From Gemmiger sp. (GTDB lineage Bacteria > Bacillota > Clostridia > Oscillospirales > Ruminococcaceae): 64,000 nt of DNA. This document shows, one piece after another, positions 34,564 to 43,709 of the stretch. Within the stretch, counting starts at the first letter, position 1. Every line of letters begins with the position of its first letter. The stretch spans positions 37,951 through 101,950 of the forward strand of contig NZ_JAXJZK010000042.1 in the NCBI RefSeq assembly GCF_036306485.1, in the 5' to 3' direction. The position numbers and the translations under genes were made by a program. Under the pieces are notes generated by a model. That model was not told the DNA's origin, did no database searches, and saw only the letters and a list, made by a program, of their open reading frames with translations.

Positions 34564-36789
34564 ATGGCGTCGGAGCATCCGGAACAACTGCTCAAGCTGG
34601 AAGGCGTTGTGGAGCATGTGATCTACGAAAATCCGGACAGCGGTTACGCGGTCTTTGAAGTGGATGCCGGCGGAACGGACGTCGTGGTTTCGGGCAATGT
34701 GGGCAGTGTGGACAACGGCATGTCCGTCACGGCCTACGGCTACATGGTCACCCATCCCAATTACGGGGAACAGTTCCATGCCGAAACCTGTGAAGCCTCG
34801 CTCCCCCAGGATACCGCCGCGATGCTCAGTTATCTTTCAAGCGGCGTCCTGCCCTATATCGGACCCTCCACGGCCAAAAAGATCGTTGCCCGCTTCGGCG
34901 AGGAGACCCTCAACGTGATTGCCGACACGCCGGAAAAGCTCTGCGAACTCAAGGGAATCACACCCCAGAAAGCGGCGGCCATCTCCGCCGAGTTCCGCAG
35001 GATGTTCGGTGTGCGGGAGGTGATCGCCTGGTTCGCAGGGATCGGGCTGTCGGCACAGATGGCGGTCACCGCTTACCGTACCTTTGGCGCCCATACGGTC
35101 GAGGTTCTCAAACAGAACCCCTATCTGATGTGCAACGAACCGCTCAACCTCAAGTTCGGGCAGGTGGATTCCATTGCGGCACAGCTGGAATTCGGGCAGG
35201 AAACCGAGATCCGTCTGGAAGCCGGACTGCTCTACGCGCTGCGCCACAACGCCAACAACGGTCATACCTGCCTGCCCGAGGCCAAACTGATCGAGACCAC
35301 GTCCCGGTTCATCAAGGTGGGGCCGGAACAGGTCGGCACCGCATTGCAGGATCTCATCGACCGCGAAGAGATGCGACGCCGGACCTTTGAGGGCGTGGAT
35401 TACATCTATCTGCCCGATCTGCTGAGCGCCGAACAGGACATTGCGGCGCGGCTGGGGGAGCTGTCCTCCTACCCGACAGAGCCACCGCCCACGCTGGACA
35501 GCGACATCCGCGTGCTGGAAATGACGCAGGGATTTGCCTATGCGCCGCTGCAGCGGGAAGCCATCCGGCTGGCGCTGTCCTCCCGGGTCATGGTGCTGAC
35601 CGGCGGCCCCGGCACCGGTAAGACCACCACCGTCCGGGCCATCCTGAGCCTGTACGAAGGCATCTACGACCGGGTGGCGCTCTGCGCCCCGACCGGCCGG
35701 GCTGCCAAACGACTGAGCGAACTGACCGGTCACAATGCCTCGACGATCCATCGCCTGCTGGAGGTGGATTACACAACGGGCACGGTCCGGTTTATCCATA
35801 ACGAAAAGAATCTGCTGCCGTTTGATGTGATCATCCTGGATGAGATGAGCATGGTGGACGCCAAGCTCTTTCAGGCACTGCTGGCGGCAATGCGGTACCA
35901 TACCCGCATCATCATGGTGGGCGACGCCGATCAGCTGCCCAGCGTGGGACCTGGCAGCGTTCTGGGAGAAATCCTGCAGGCGGATGTGCTGCCCACCGTG
36001 CGGCTGACCGAAATTTTCCGCCAGTCCCGCAAAAGCCTGATCGTCCAGAATGCCCACCGCATCGTCAACGGAAAAATGCCGGAGCGGGGAGGCAAGGAGG
36101 ATGACTTTTTCATGATCGAGTCCTCCGGCCTGGCCTGTCAGAAACTGGTCTGCGACCTGGTCAGCGTCCGGCTCCCGAGAACCTACGGCCTGGACCCCGT
36201 CAAGGATATTCAGGTGCTCTGTCCCACCAAGGTGGGGCCCACGGGCAGCCTGGAACTGAACCGGAAGCTGCAGGCGATTCTCAACCCTCCGGCGCCGGAC
36301 AAACCCCAGATCAGCTGGGAACAGAGCGGCCGGATTCTGCGCTGCGGCGACAAGGTCATGCAGATCAAAAACGACTATGACATTCCCTATGAACGGGAGG
36401 GCGCCGAAGCCGGGGTAGGGGCCTACAACGGCGATATGGGCATCGTCACGGCGGTGGACCCCGACAGCCGCGCCGTCACAGTGCTGATGGATGACCGCAA
36501 ATATGTCTACGGCGCCGATCAGCTCAACGAGCTGGAACCCGCCTACGCGGTGACGGTCCACAAGAGTCAGGGCTCGGAATTCCCGGCGGTGATTCTGCCG
36601 GTGGCCGATGTGCCGGCTCGGCTGTGTTACCGCAACCTGCTGTATACCGGCGTGACCCGTGCCCGGAAACTCTGCATTCTGGCCGGGACCCGCCGCACCG
36701 AACAGAGTATGATCGCCAATGTGCGGCAGAATATGCGGTACAGCGGCCTGCGCTATCTGCTGAAAGAAGCAGCCGGAGGCAAATCGTGA
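34564..36789 (+). CDS. recD2: ATP-dependent RecD2-type SF1B DNA helicase
   Basis: N-terminal OB-like VIYENPDSGYAVF, HhH region, Walker A GGPGTGKTT, and C-terminal YAVTVHKSQGSEF. Confidence 0.9.
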   Translation: MASEHPEQLLKLEGVVEHVIYENPDSGYAVFEVDAGGTDVVVSGNVGSVDNGMSVTAYGYMVTHPNYGEQFHAETCEASLPQDTAAMLSYLSSGVLPYIGPSTAKKIVARFGEETLNVIADTPEKLCELKGITPQKAAAISAEFRRMFGVREVIAWFAGIGLSAQMAVTAYRTFGAHTVEVLKQNPYLMCNEPLNLKFGQVDSIAAQLEFGQETEIRLEAGLLYALRHNANNGHTCLPEAKLIETTSRFIKVGPEQVGTALQDLIDREEMRRRTFEGVDYIYLPDLLSAEQDIAARLGELSSYPTEPPPTLDSDIRVLEMTQGFAYAPLQREAIRLALSSRVMVLTGGPGTGKTTTVRAILSLYEGIYDRVALCAPTGRAAKRLSELTGHNASTIHRLLEVDYTTGTVRFIHNEKNLLPFDVIILDEMSMVDAKLFQALLAAMRYHTRIIMVGDADQLPSVGPGSVLGEILQADVLPTVRLTEIFRQSRKSLIVQNAHRIVNGKMPERGGKEDDFFMIESSGLACQKLVCDLVSVRLPRTYGLDPVKDIQVLCPTKVGPTGSLELNRKLQAILNPPAPDKPQISWEQSGRILRCGDKVMQIKNDYDIPYEREGAEAGVGAYNGDMGIVTAVDPDSRAVTVLMDDRKYVYGADQLNELEPAYAVTVHKSQGSEFPAVILPVADVPARLCYRNLLYTGVTRARKLCILAGTRRTEQSMIANVRQNMRYSGLRYLLKEAAGGKS

Positions 36790-37580
36790 ACGCCGCGGCG
36801 GTATCGAAATATGGCGAAAGGCTGCTGGCCGCGCTGTATCCGCGCCGGTGTGTCCTGTGCGGGGAGGTCCTGCACGGCGATACCTGGAACGGAGCGGTCT
36901 GCCGCCGCTGTGCATCCGAAGCGGAGCGTCTGCGCCATGCACCGCCCCGCCTGCCGGACACCGAACATTTCTTCTATGCGCTGACATCGGCGGCCGGAGC
37001 ATTCTATTACCATGGCTGTGTGCGGCACAGTATTCTGCTTTGCAAGCGGTTCGGCCGGCCATGGTATGCGCGTGAGATGGCAGATCTGATGGCGGTGCTG
37101 GTCTTTGGCGCCGATCCGGCGGAATTTCCGGGCAGGCGTCCCTGGTACGGCGCGGTGGAAGGGTTTCCGCTCTATCACCGGATTGTGCCGGTCCCGCCGC
37201 GGCAGCGCCGCCGACTGGCAGAAAATCTTCCCGAACTGCTGGCCCGCCGCCTGGGTCAGACCCTCGGCATTCCGGTCGAGCATCCGCTCATCCTGACCCG
37301 GAAGATCCGGCCCCAGAAATCCCTTGACGCGGCACAGCGCCGCAGGAACACGCTGGACGCCTACGGCTGCCGGGCCGGGACGGATCTGACGGGCAAGCGC
37401 GTCCTTCTGGTGGATGACGTGATCACCACAGGGTCCACGGTTTCGGCCTGTGCGCTGGCGCTGATCGCGGCCGGGGCGGTGTCGGTGGACGCTGTCTGTT
37501 TTGCCGCCGACGAGGAACTGCCGCGGGACAAGCAGCGCGGCGTGACTTCATTTTTCCAAATGCAAGGAGACAACCTTTGA
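36786..37580 (+). CDS. comFC: ComF-family phosphoribosyltransferase-like protein
   Basis: N-terminal zinc-finger cysteines CVLCG...CRRC and PRT motif VLLVDDVITTGST. The GTG start overlaps the recD2 stop (GTGA). Confidence 0.8.
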   Translation: MNAAAVSKYGERLLAALYPRRCVLCGEVLHGDTWNGAVCRRCASEAERLRHAPPRLPDTEHFFYALTSAAGAFYYHGCVRHSILLCKRFGRPWYAREMADLMAVLVFGADPAEFPGRRPWYGAVEGFPLYHRIVPVPPRQRRRLAENLPELLARRLGQTLGIPVEHPLILTRKIRPQKSLDAAQRRRNTLDAYGCRAGTDLTGKRVLLVDDVITTGSTVSACALALIAAGAVSVDAVCFAADEELPRDKQRGVTSFFQMQGDNL

Positions 37581-38635
37581 TGAAACAGTATGACATCGGT
37601 CTGGATCTGGGAACAACCTCCATCATCATTGCAACGGAAGAACAGGGCGTGGTGTTTCATCAGCCCAGCATCGGCGCCGTGGATACCCGCAGCAATACGG
37701 TGCTGGCGGTGGGGGAGGAAGCACTGCGGATGGTCGGCAGGGCGCCTTCCTATATTGATCTGATACGCCCGCTGCGGGATGGCATCATTCAGGATCACCG
37801 CATGACCAACGAGCTGATTGTGCGGTTCATCAACGAGGTGTGCCGCTCCCGCCTGATCAAACCCCGGGTGGCAGTCTGCGTCCCGGCGGGCATCACGGGG
37901 ATCGAGGCGGACGCTGTCGTGGAAGCGGTCATGTCGGCCGGGGCACGGCAGGTGTTCCTGGTCGATGAACCGGTGGCCGCCGCGCTGGGCGCGGGACTCG
38001 ATATCCGCAAACCGATGGGCTGCATGGTCATCGACATCGGCGGCGGCTCCACCGACATTGCCGTCATCAGTATGGGCGGCCGCGTCCGGGCGGCCAGCCT
38101 GCCGGTGGCGGGCAATGCCTTCGACAACTGCATCGCCCAGTATGTCCAGGAAAAATTCAACCTTGCCATCGGCCCGCTCACGGCCGAGGCACTCAAAAAA
38201 CAGGTGGCCTGCTGCTCCATCAGCGAATTTGAAGGGGTCATGGAGGTGCGCGGCCATTCGTGGGAAACCAATCTGCCCGCCCGCCGCCTGATCTATACCC
38301 GCGATCTCTATGAACCGGTGCGGGAACTGGCGGCCCGGATTGTGGCGGCGGCCCATAATGTTCTGGAAAGCACCCCGCCCGAACTGGCGGCCGATGTGTC
38401 CAAGACGGGCATCCTGCTCACCGGCGGCGGTTCGATGCTGCGCGGCCTGGCCGGATATCTGGCCGGTGAACTGCACGTCGATGTGGCCATTGCGCCCGAT
38501 CCCCTCAACTGCGTTGCACGGGGCACCGCCGCCAGCCTCTCGCTGGGCAAGTATCTCACGGCCGGATTCCGGGATGCCACGCCCAAGGTGTGGCACAGCC
38601 GTCTGCAGAATGGCCTGACTTCTTTTTCCGGCTGA
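37580..38635 (+). CDS. mreB: MreB-family actin-like protein
   Basis: Motifs GLDLGTT, DEPVAAALGAG, DIGGGSTD and LTGGGSMLRGL. The ATG overlaps the comFC stop. Confidence 0.85.
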   Translation: MKQYDIGLDLGTTSIIIATEEQGVVFHQPSIGAVDTRSNTVLAVGEEALRMVGRAPSYIDLIRPLRDGIIQDHRMTNELIVRFINEVCRSRLIKPRVAVCVPAGITGIEADAVVEAVMSAGARQVFLVDEPVAAALGAGLDIRKPMGCMVIDIGGGSTDIAVISMGGRVRAASLPVAGNAFDNCIAQYVQEKFNLAIGPLTAEALKKQVACCSISEFEGVMEVRGHSWETNLPARRLIYTRDLYEPVRELAARIVAAAHNVLESTPPELAADVSKTGILLTGGGSMLRGLAGYLAGELHVDVAIAPDPLNCVARGTAASLSLGKYLTAGFRDATPKVWHSRLQNGLTSFSG

Positions 38636-38694
38636 AAAAATGTGCTATACTGTACGCAAACAGATCTCTATCAAATGATAAGGACAGGTTGACT

Positions 38695-41310
38695 ATGCCC
38701 GATACGATCACTTCCGAATTTCTGTCTCTTCGCAACCGATATATTGCGTCCTGCTTCACAAAACTCAATCCGATGCAGCAGCAGGCGGTGTTCACCACCG
38801 AAGGCCCGCTGCTCATTCTGGCCGGCGCCGGGTCCGGAAAGACCACCGTGCTGGTCAACCGGATTGCCAATATCATCCGCTTCGGGCGTGCCTACGGCTC
38901 CACGGAACTCAGCCGTCCCGTCACCCAGTCCGATGTCGACCAGCTGCGCACCGCCGTTGACTCCGGCAAACCGGTTCCGCAGTCCCTGATGCCGCTGCTC
39001 AGCGTTGCACCGGCCCGTCCCTGGAATGTCCTGGCCATCACCTTCACCAACAAGGCGGCCGGGGAACTCAAGGAACGCCTCAAGACGATGCTCGGCGACA
39101 CGATGGGCGGTGACGTGAATGCCTCCACCTTCCACTCGGCCTGTGTGCGGATTCTCCGCCGGGACGCTGAGCGCATCGGGTTCCCCAACAGCTTCACGAT
39201 CTACGACTCGGACGATCAGCAGCGCGTCATCAAACAGGTCTACAAGGAACTGATGATCGACGACAAATTCCTGCCGATCAAATCCGCCATCGCCCAGATC
39301 AGTGGGTATAAGGATAAGCTGCTCTCCCCCAAGGATGTGGCGGCAGAGGCACCGCGAGACACCAAGGCGGCGCTTGTCAGCAAAATCTATTCGGCCTATG
39401 CCGCACGTCTTCGCACGGCCGGTGCCATGGATTTTGACGACCTGATCTATCATACGGTCCAGATGCTGAAAACCGATGCCGAAGCGCGGGAATACTACCA
39501 GAAGAAATTCCGCTACGTCGTTGTGGACGAATACCAGGACACCAGCGTGGCGCAGTTTCATCTGGTCCGCCTGCTGGCGGGCGGCAGCAACAATGTCTGT
39601 GTGGTCGGCGATGACGACCAGAGTATTTACAAGTTCCGCGGTGCTACGATCGAGAACATCCTGAACTTTGAAAAGGTGTTTCCCGGCGCCAAGACCATCC
39701 GCCTGGAACAGAATTACCGTTCCACCACCAACATTCTCAATGCGGCCAACAGCGTCATCCGCAACAACAACGGCCGCAAAGGCAAGACCCTGTGGACCCA
39801 GAACGGCGAGGGCGATAAGGTGCATCATTACACGGCGGCGTCCGAGCAGGACGAGGCAAGCCATGTGGCCGAGATCATCGGTCAGAACCTGCGTGCCGGC
39901 GCCAGCCTGAAAGATCATGCCGTCCTGTACCGGATGAACGCGCAGTCCAACCCGATCGAAACATATTTTGCCCGCGCGGGCATCCCGTACCGCATTGTGG
40001 GCGGCCAGCGCTTCTTTGACCGCAAGGAAGTCAAGGACATCAACTCCTATATGGCGGTTGTCGTCAATCCCCGCGACGATGTGCGTCTGCGGCGGATCAT
40101 CAACGAACCGGCCCGCAAGATCGGTGCCACTACGGTGGACAAGATTGCCGAGCTGGCGTCCTCCCGCGGGGTTCCCATGCTGGAAATCATCCGTGATGCC
40201 GCAACCTTCCCGGCACTGGCGCGCTCGGCCTCGGCACTCGGCAGCTTTTATGCGATGTACCGGGAACTGTGCGATCTGTCGGTAACGCTGCCGCTGGATG
40301 AATTCGCCGGCGAAGTGATCCGCAGAACCGGTTATGAAGCAATGCTCAAGGCGCAGAAGGAAGAAGGGGAAACCCGCCTGGAAAACCTGGGCCAGCTGGT
40401 GTCCTCCGTCAAGACCTATGTGGACCAGAACGGTGAGGAAGCCACCCTCTCGGGCTTCCTCGAGGAAGTGGCGCTCATCGCGGACATTGACTCCTACGAT
40501 GAGGAGGCGGACTCCGTGACGCTGATGACGATGCACAGTGCCAAGGGCCTGGAATTCCCATATGTCTTCATCATCGGCATGGAGGACGGCGTGTTCCCCG
40601 GAGACCTTGCGCGGTACAGTGAGGAGGAAATGGAGGAAGAGCGGCGCCTGTGCTATGTGGGCATCACCCGCGCCAAGAAGGAGCTGTATCTCTCGTCCTC
40701 CCGCAGCCGGATGATCTTCGGCCAGACGCGGCGCAATCCGCCGTCCTGTTTCCTGAGCGAGATCGACCCTTCCGTCATGGATGAGACGGAAAGCCCCGAA
40801 CTTGCCTACAGCGGCGGGTTCGGTGCCGGCTACGGGACGTACAGCACGAACGTCCCCGGCGGACGCAGCGGCTACTCGGGCGCCTCTCGCGGGTATCTCA
40901 ACAGCGAGTACAACCGCGGTTTCGGTGCGCGGTACAGCGGCGGTTTCCGCAGCGGGTTTGCCTCGGGCGGCCATGAAAGCCCCAACTATCCCGGCGGACG
41001 CCATACTGTACAGGAAAGCGGCTTCGGTGCCGGATACGGTTCCTCCCGCGTCAACACCCATTCCGGCACCCCGGCAGCCCCGGCGGGCGGCGGCTCGACG
41101 CTGCAGCGTACCCCGGTGGCCGAACCCCGCAAAAAAGCGGCATCGTTTGCACCCGGAGACTTTGTGGATCACAAGGTGTTCGGGCGCGGCAAGGTGCTCA
41201 AAGTCACGCCGGTGGCCGGCGACTGTATCGTCGAGATTCAGTTCGACCGTGTGGGCGTGAAAAAGACGATGGCCAACTATGCGCCTCTGACCAAACTCAG
41301 CCAAAAATAA
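38695..41310 (+). CDS. pcrA: UvrD/PcrA-type SF1A DNA helicase with an inserted low-complexity C-terminal linker
   Basis: Motifs AGAGSGKTT, VDEYQDT and TMHSAKGLEF, plus a C-terminal Tudor-like FVDHKVFGRGKV. Confidence 0.9.
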   Translation: MPDTITSEFLSLRNRYIASCFTKLNPMQQQAVFTTEGPLLILAGAGSGKTTVLVNRIANIIRFGRAYGSTELSRPVTQSDVDQLRTAVDSGKPVPQSLMPLLSVAPARPWNVLAITFTNKAAGELKERLKTMLGDTMGGDVNASTFHSACVRILRRDAERIGFPNSFTIYDSDDQQRVIKQVYKELMIDDKFLPIKSAIAQISGYKDKLLSPKDVAAEAPRDTKAALVSKIYSAYAARLRTAGAMDFDDLIYHTVQMLKTDAEAREYYQKKFRYVVVDEYQDTSVAQFHLVRLLAGGSNNVCVVGDDDQSIYKFRGATIENILNFEKVFPGAKTIRLEQNYRSTTNILNAANSVIRNNNGRKGKTLWTQNGEGDKVHHYTAASEQDEASHVAEIIGQNLRAGASLKDHAVLYRMNAQSNPIETYFARAGIPYRIVGGQRFFDRKEVKDINSYMAVVVNPRDDVRLRRIINEPARKIGATTVDKIAELASSRGVPMLEIIRDAATFPALARSASALGSFYAMYRELCDLSVTLPLDEFAGEVIRRTGYEAMLKAQKEEGETRLENLGQLVSSVKTYVDQNGEEATLSGFLEEVALIADIDSYDEEADSVTLMTMHSAKGLEFPYVFIIGMEDGVFPGDLARYSEEEMEEERRLCYVGITRAKKELYLSSSRSRMIFGQTRRNPPSCFLSEIDPSVMDETESPELAYSGGFGAGYGTYSTNVPGGRSGYSGASRGYLNSEYNRGFGARYSGGFRSGFASGGHESPNYPGGRHTVQESGFGAGYGSSRVNTHSGTPAAPAGGGSTLQRTPVAEPRKKAASFAPGDFVDHKVFGRGKVLKVTPVAGDCIVEIQFDRVGVKKTMANYAPLTKLSQK

Positions 41311-41335
41311 GTTCAGCAAGAAAGAGGGAAAATTC

Positions 41336-42118
41336 ATGCTGGTGACATTGATCGCCCACACCAACGACCCCGAAAAAACCGTTGCCGCTGCGGCAAAACT
41401 GTGCTACTCCGATGCACATATCGAGACCCTTCTGGAGGGGCTGACGCCCGACAAGACGGCGGCGTTCCTCAAAAAGCTCAGCGATATGGGCCATGCCAGC
41501 CCGATCGAACACGCCAGTTTCACCTTTGGCATCGAGGGCGTATCCAGGACCTTTCTGGCGCAGGTCACGCGCCATCGGATTGCCTCGTTCAGCGTGCAGA
41601 GCCAGCGCTATGTGCGGCTGGAGGATTTCCGGTATGTGATTCCGCCGGAGATCCAAGCCATCCCCGAGGCAAAACAGAAATTTATAGATGCCATGAATGA
41701 GGACGCTGCCCAATACCTCTCTCTGGTCCATACGCTGGAAGAACAGCATACCCGGACCCTGATGGAGCAGGGGATGACCGAACAGCAGGCCCGCGCCAAA
41801 GCCAGCAAGAAAGCCAACGAGGATGCCCGCTTTGTGCTCCCCAACGCCTGTGAAACCAAGATGGTCATGACGATGAACTGCCGCAGCCTGCTGAACTTTT
41901 TCAACCTGCGCTGCTGCAACCGCGCCCAGTGGGAGATCCGCGCCGTGGCGGATGCCATGCTGCGGCTTGTCTATCCGCTGGCGCCGCATATCTTTGCCGC
42001 GGCCGGGCCTCGCTGCCTGACCGGTCCCTGCCCCGAAGGACAGATGTGCTGCGGGGAACAGGAGGCGGTACGCCGGAAATACATGGAACTGAAACGGGAG
42101 GTACAAGCAAATGGGTAA
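41336..42118 (+). CDS. thyX: FAD-dependent thymidylate synthase
   Basis: ThyX signature RHRIASFSVQSQRY. Confidence 0.92.
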   Translation: MLVTLIAHTNDPEKTVAAAAKLCYSDAHIETLLEGLTPDKTAAFLKKLSDMGHASPIEHASFTFGIEGVSRTFLAQVTRHRIASFSVQSQRYVRLEDFRYVIPPEIQAIPEAKQKFIDAMNEDAAQYLSLVHTLEEQHTRTLMEQGMTEQQARAKASKKANEDARFVLPNACETKMVMTMNCRSLLNFFNLRCCNRAQWEIRAVADAMLRLVYPLAPHIFAAAGPRCLTGPCPEGQMCCGEQEAVRRKYMELKREVQANG

Positions 42119-42785
42119 GCTGATCATTTTTGAAGGGCTGGACGGGTCCGGCAAAGCGACGCAGGCCGAACTGGCCTGCAAGAGCCTCAAGGAAAAAGGG
42201 TATGACCCGCTCAAAATCACCTTCCCGGATTATGAAAGCGACTCTTCGGCGCTCGTCAAGATGTATCTCTCCGGCAAGTTCGGCAAAAAGCCCGATGACG
42301 TCAACGCCTATGCCGCATCCACCTTCTTTGCGGTGGACCGGTATGCCAGCTACAAGACGGACTGGGGCGCAAGCTACCGGCAGAACGGGCTGATCATTTC
42401 GGACCGGTACACGACCTCCAATGCCGTGCACCAGTGCTCTAAACTCCCGCCGATGCACTGGGACGGATTCCTGGAATGGCTGTTTGACTTCGAGTACAAG
42501 AAACTCGGCCTGCCGGCGCCCGACGCGGTGATTTATCTGGCCGTGGACCCCGAGGTCAGCCATCGTCTGCTCAATGCGCGCTACCATGGCGATGATACCA
42601 AGATGGATATTCAGGAGCGGGACTCCGAGTACCTGGCCCGTTCCCGCGCCGCGGCGGAATACTGCGCACGCAAGCTGGGCTGGAAGCGCATCGAATGCAC
42701 CAAGATGGAGGATGGCATCAAGACCATCCGCAACATGGAGGAAATTCATGCCGAGGTACTTGCGAATCTGGAACAAATATTGTAA
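42111..42785 (+). CDS. tmk: Thymidylate kinase-like protein
   Basis: N-terminus IIFEGLDGSGKATQ. It overlaps the thyX stop by 8 nt. Confidence 0.8.
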   Translation: MGKLIIFEGLDGSGKATQAELACKSLKEKGYDPLKITFPDYESDSSALVKMYLSGKFGKKPDDVNAYAASTFFAVDRYASYKTDWGASYRQNGLIISDRYTTSNAVHQCSKLPPMHWDGFLEWLFDFEYKKLGLPAPDAVIYLAVDPEVSHRLLNARYHGDDTKMDIQERDSEYLARSRAAAEYCARKLGWKRIECTKMEDGIKTIRNMEEIHAEVLANLEQIL

Positions 42786-42815
42786 ACTGTGCTGGATACA
42801 GGAAGAGGAAACACC

Positions 42816-43649
42816 ATGCTTTGCAAAGCGACTGAGGCGGACCTGGAACAACTGATTGCTTTCCGCCGTCAGGCATTTGGCGGCAGCCGGCAGCAGGCCG
42901 AGGACTGGCTGTGCGGGATCATCGGGCTGGACAATCTGCTGCTGCTCGCCAAGGATGTGGCACAGCAGAAACCCCGGATCGCCGCCATGCTGGGCGCGGT
43001 GCCGGTGGAATGCGGGCATCACCGCGGGGTGTGGTTCTGCGGGATGGCAACCATCCCCGAACTGCGCGGCCGCGGTTTGATGACAAAGCTGCTGAGCACC
43101 TGTATGCGTGCCTACGGAGCCAACGGCTGTGATTTTGCGGTGACGGCGCCGGAAAACTCCCGCGCCGCCAGAAAGCTCGGAGAGATGGGATTTGAAAACC
43201 GCTTTCCGCTGCGCATCATCCGCAAACCCATTGCCCACAATCTCTGGGCCCGGGCGGATTTTGACGCCATGACGGTGCGCCGCCTGATTGATACCCGGCA
43301 GCGCTATCAGCCCGGCTGCGTGCTGCTGCCCGAGTCCTCGATCAGTGAGATGATCAAACGGCTGTACCGGCAGGGACTGACCATCGTGTCCAATCCCAGG
43401 GGATACGGCCTGTATTGCCAGAATGACGATGTCCTGCAGTTTATTGAACTGCAGGCGGACAACGACCATTCCGCCGACATCCTGCTGCAAGCCGCGCGCG
43501 AGCAGACGGGTGCCACACGGGCGAGCATTCTCCTTGCTGAAAACCAGACACTGTATCTGGGGGAGGGCAAGCGCTGCGGTTACGGAATGATCTGTTTTCT
43601 GAATCGTCCGTTCCCGGTAACGGATGTCTACTTCCGCCTTCTGCTCTGA
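42816..43649 (+). CDS. GNAT-family N-acetyltransferase (tentative)
   Basis: Acetyl-CoA-binding-like segment ELRGRGLMTKLL. ATG follows GAAGAGGAAA. Confidence 0.55.
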   Translation: MLCKATEADLEQLIAFRRQAFGGSRQQAEDWLCGIIGLDNLLLLAKDVAQQKPRIAAMLGAVPVECGHHRGVWFCGMATIPELRGRGLMTKLLSTCMRAYGANGCDFAVTAPENSRAARKLGEMGFENRFPLRIIRKPIAHNLWARADFDAMTVRRLIDTRQRYQPGCVLLPESSISEMIKRLYRQGLTIVSNPRGYGLYCQNDDVLQFIELQADNDHSADILLQAAREQTGATRASILLAENQTLYLGEGKRCGYGMICFLNRPFPVTDVYFRLLL

Positions 43650-43709
43650 ATGGCGGAACCGGAAAGAACAGGATTGTGCTTCTGACCGGGAAGTAAAAGG
43701 AGTAGTATT

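Noticed and set aside
33889-34779. Full 296-aa version of the minus-strand ORF ending at 33889
   Set aside because: The P-loop N-terminus MKIAIIGFSGSGKST starts at 34404 and has its own RBS. The upstream 125 codons run through the recD2 promoter and 5' end and resemble nothing.
38671-41364. 897-aa minus-strand ORF opposite pcrA. Similar cases: 949..2964 opposite prkC, 5895..8009 opposite spoIVA, 9551..11521 opposite the M23 peptidase, 23020..24621 opposite der, 34837..37062 opposite recD2, 41901..43784 opposite tmk/GNAT, 43986..45545 opposite mltG, 45574..46887 opposite the U32 gene, and 54339..55799 opposite rhaB.
   Set aside because: These are the same mirror-frame artefact of GC3-rich codon usage. 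In every case the opposite strand encodes a protein with clear family motifs, while the antisense product is low-complexity.
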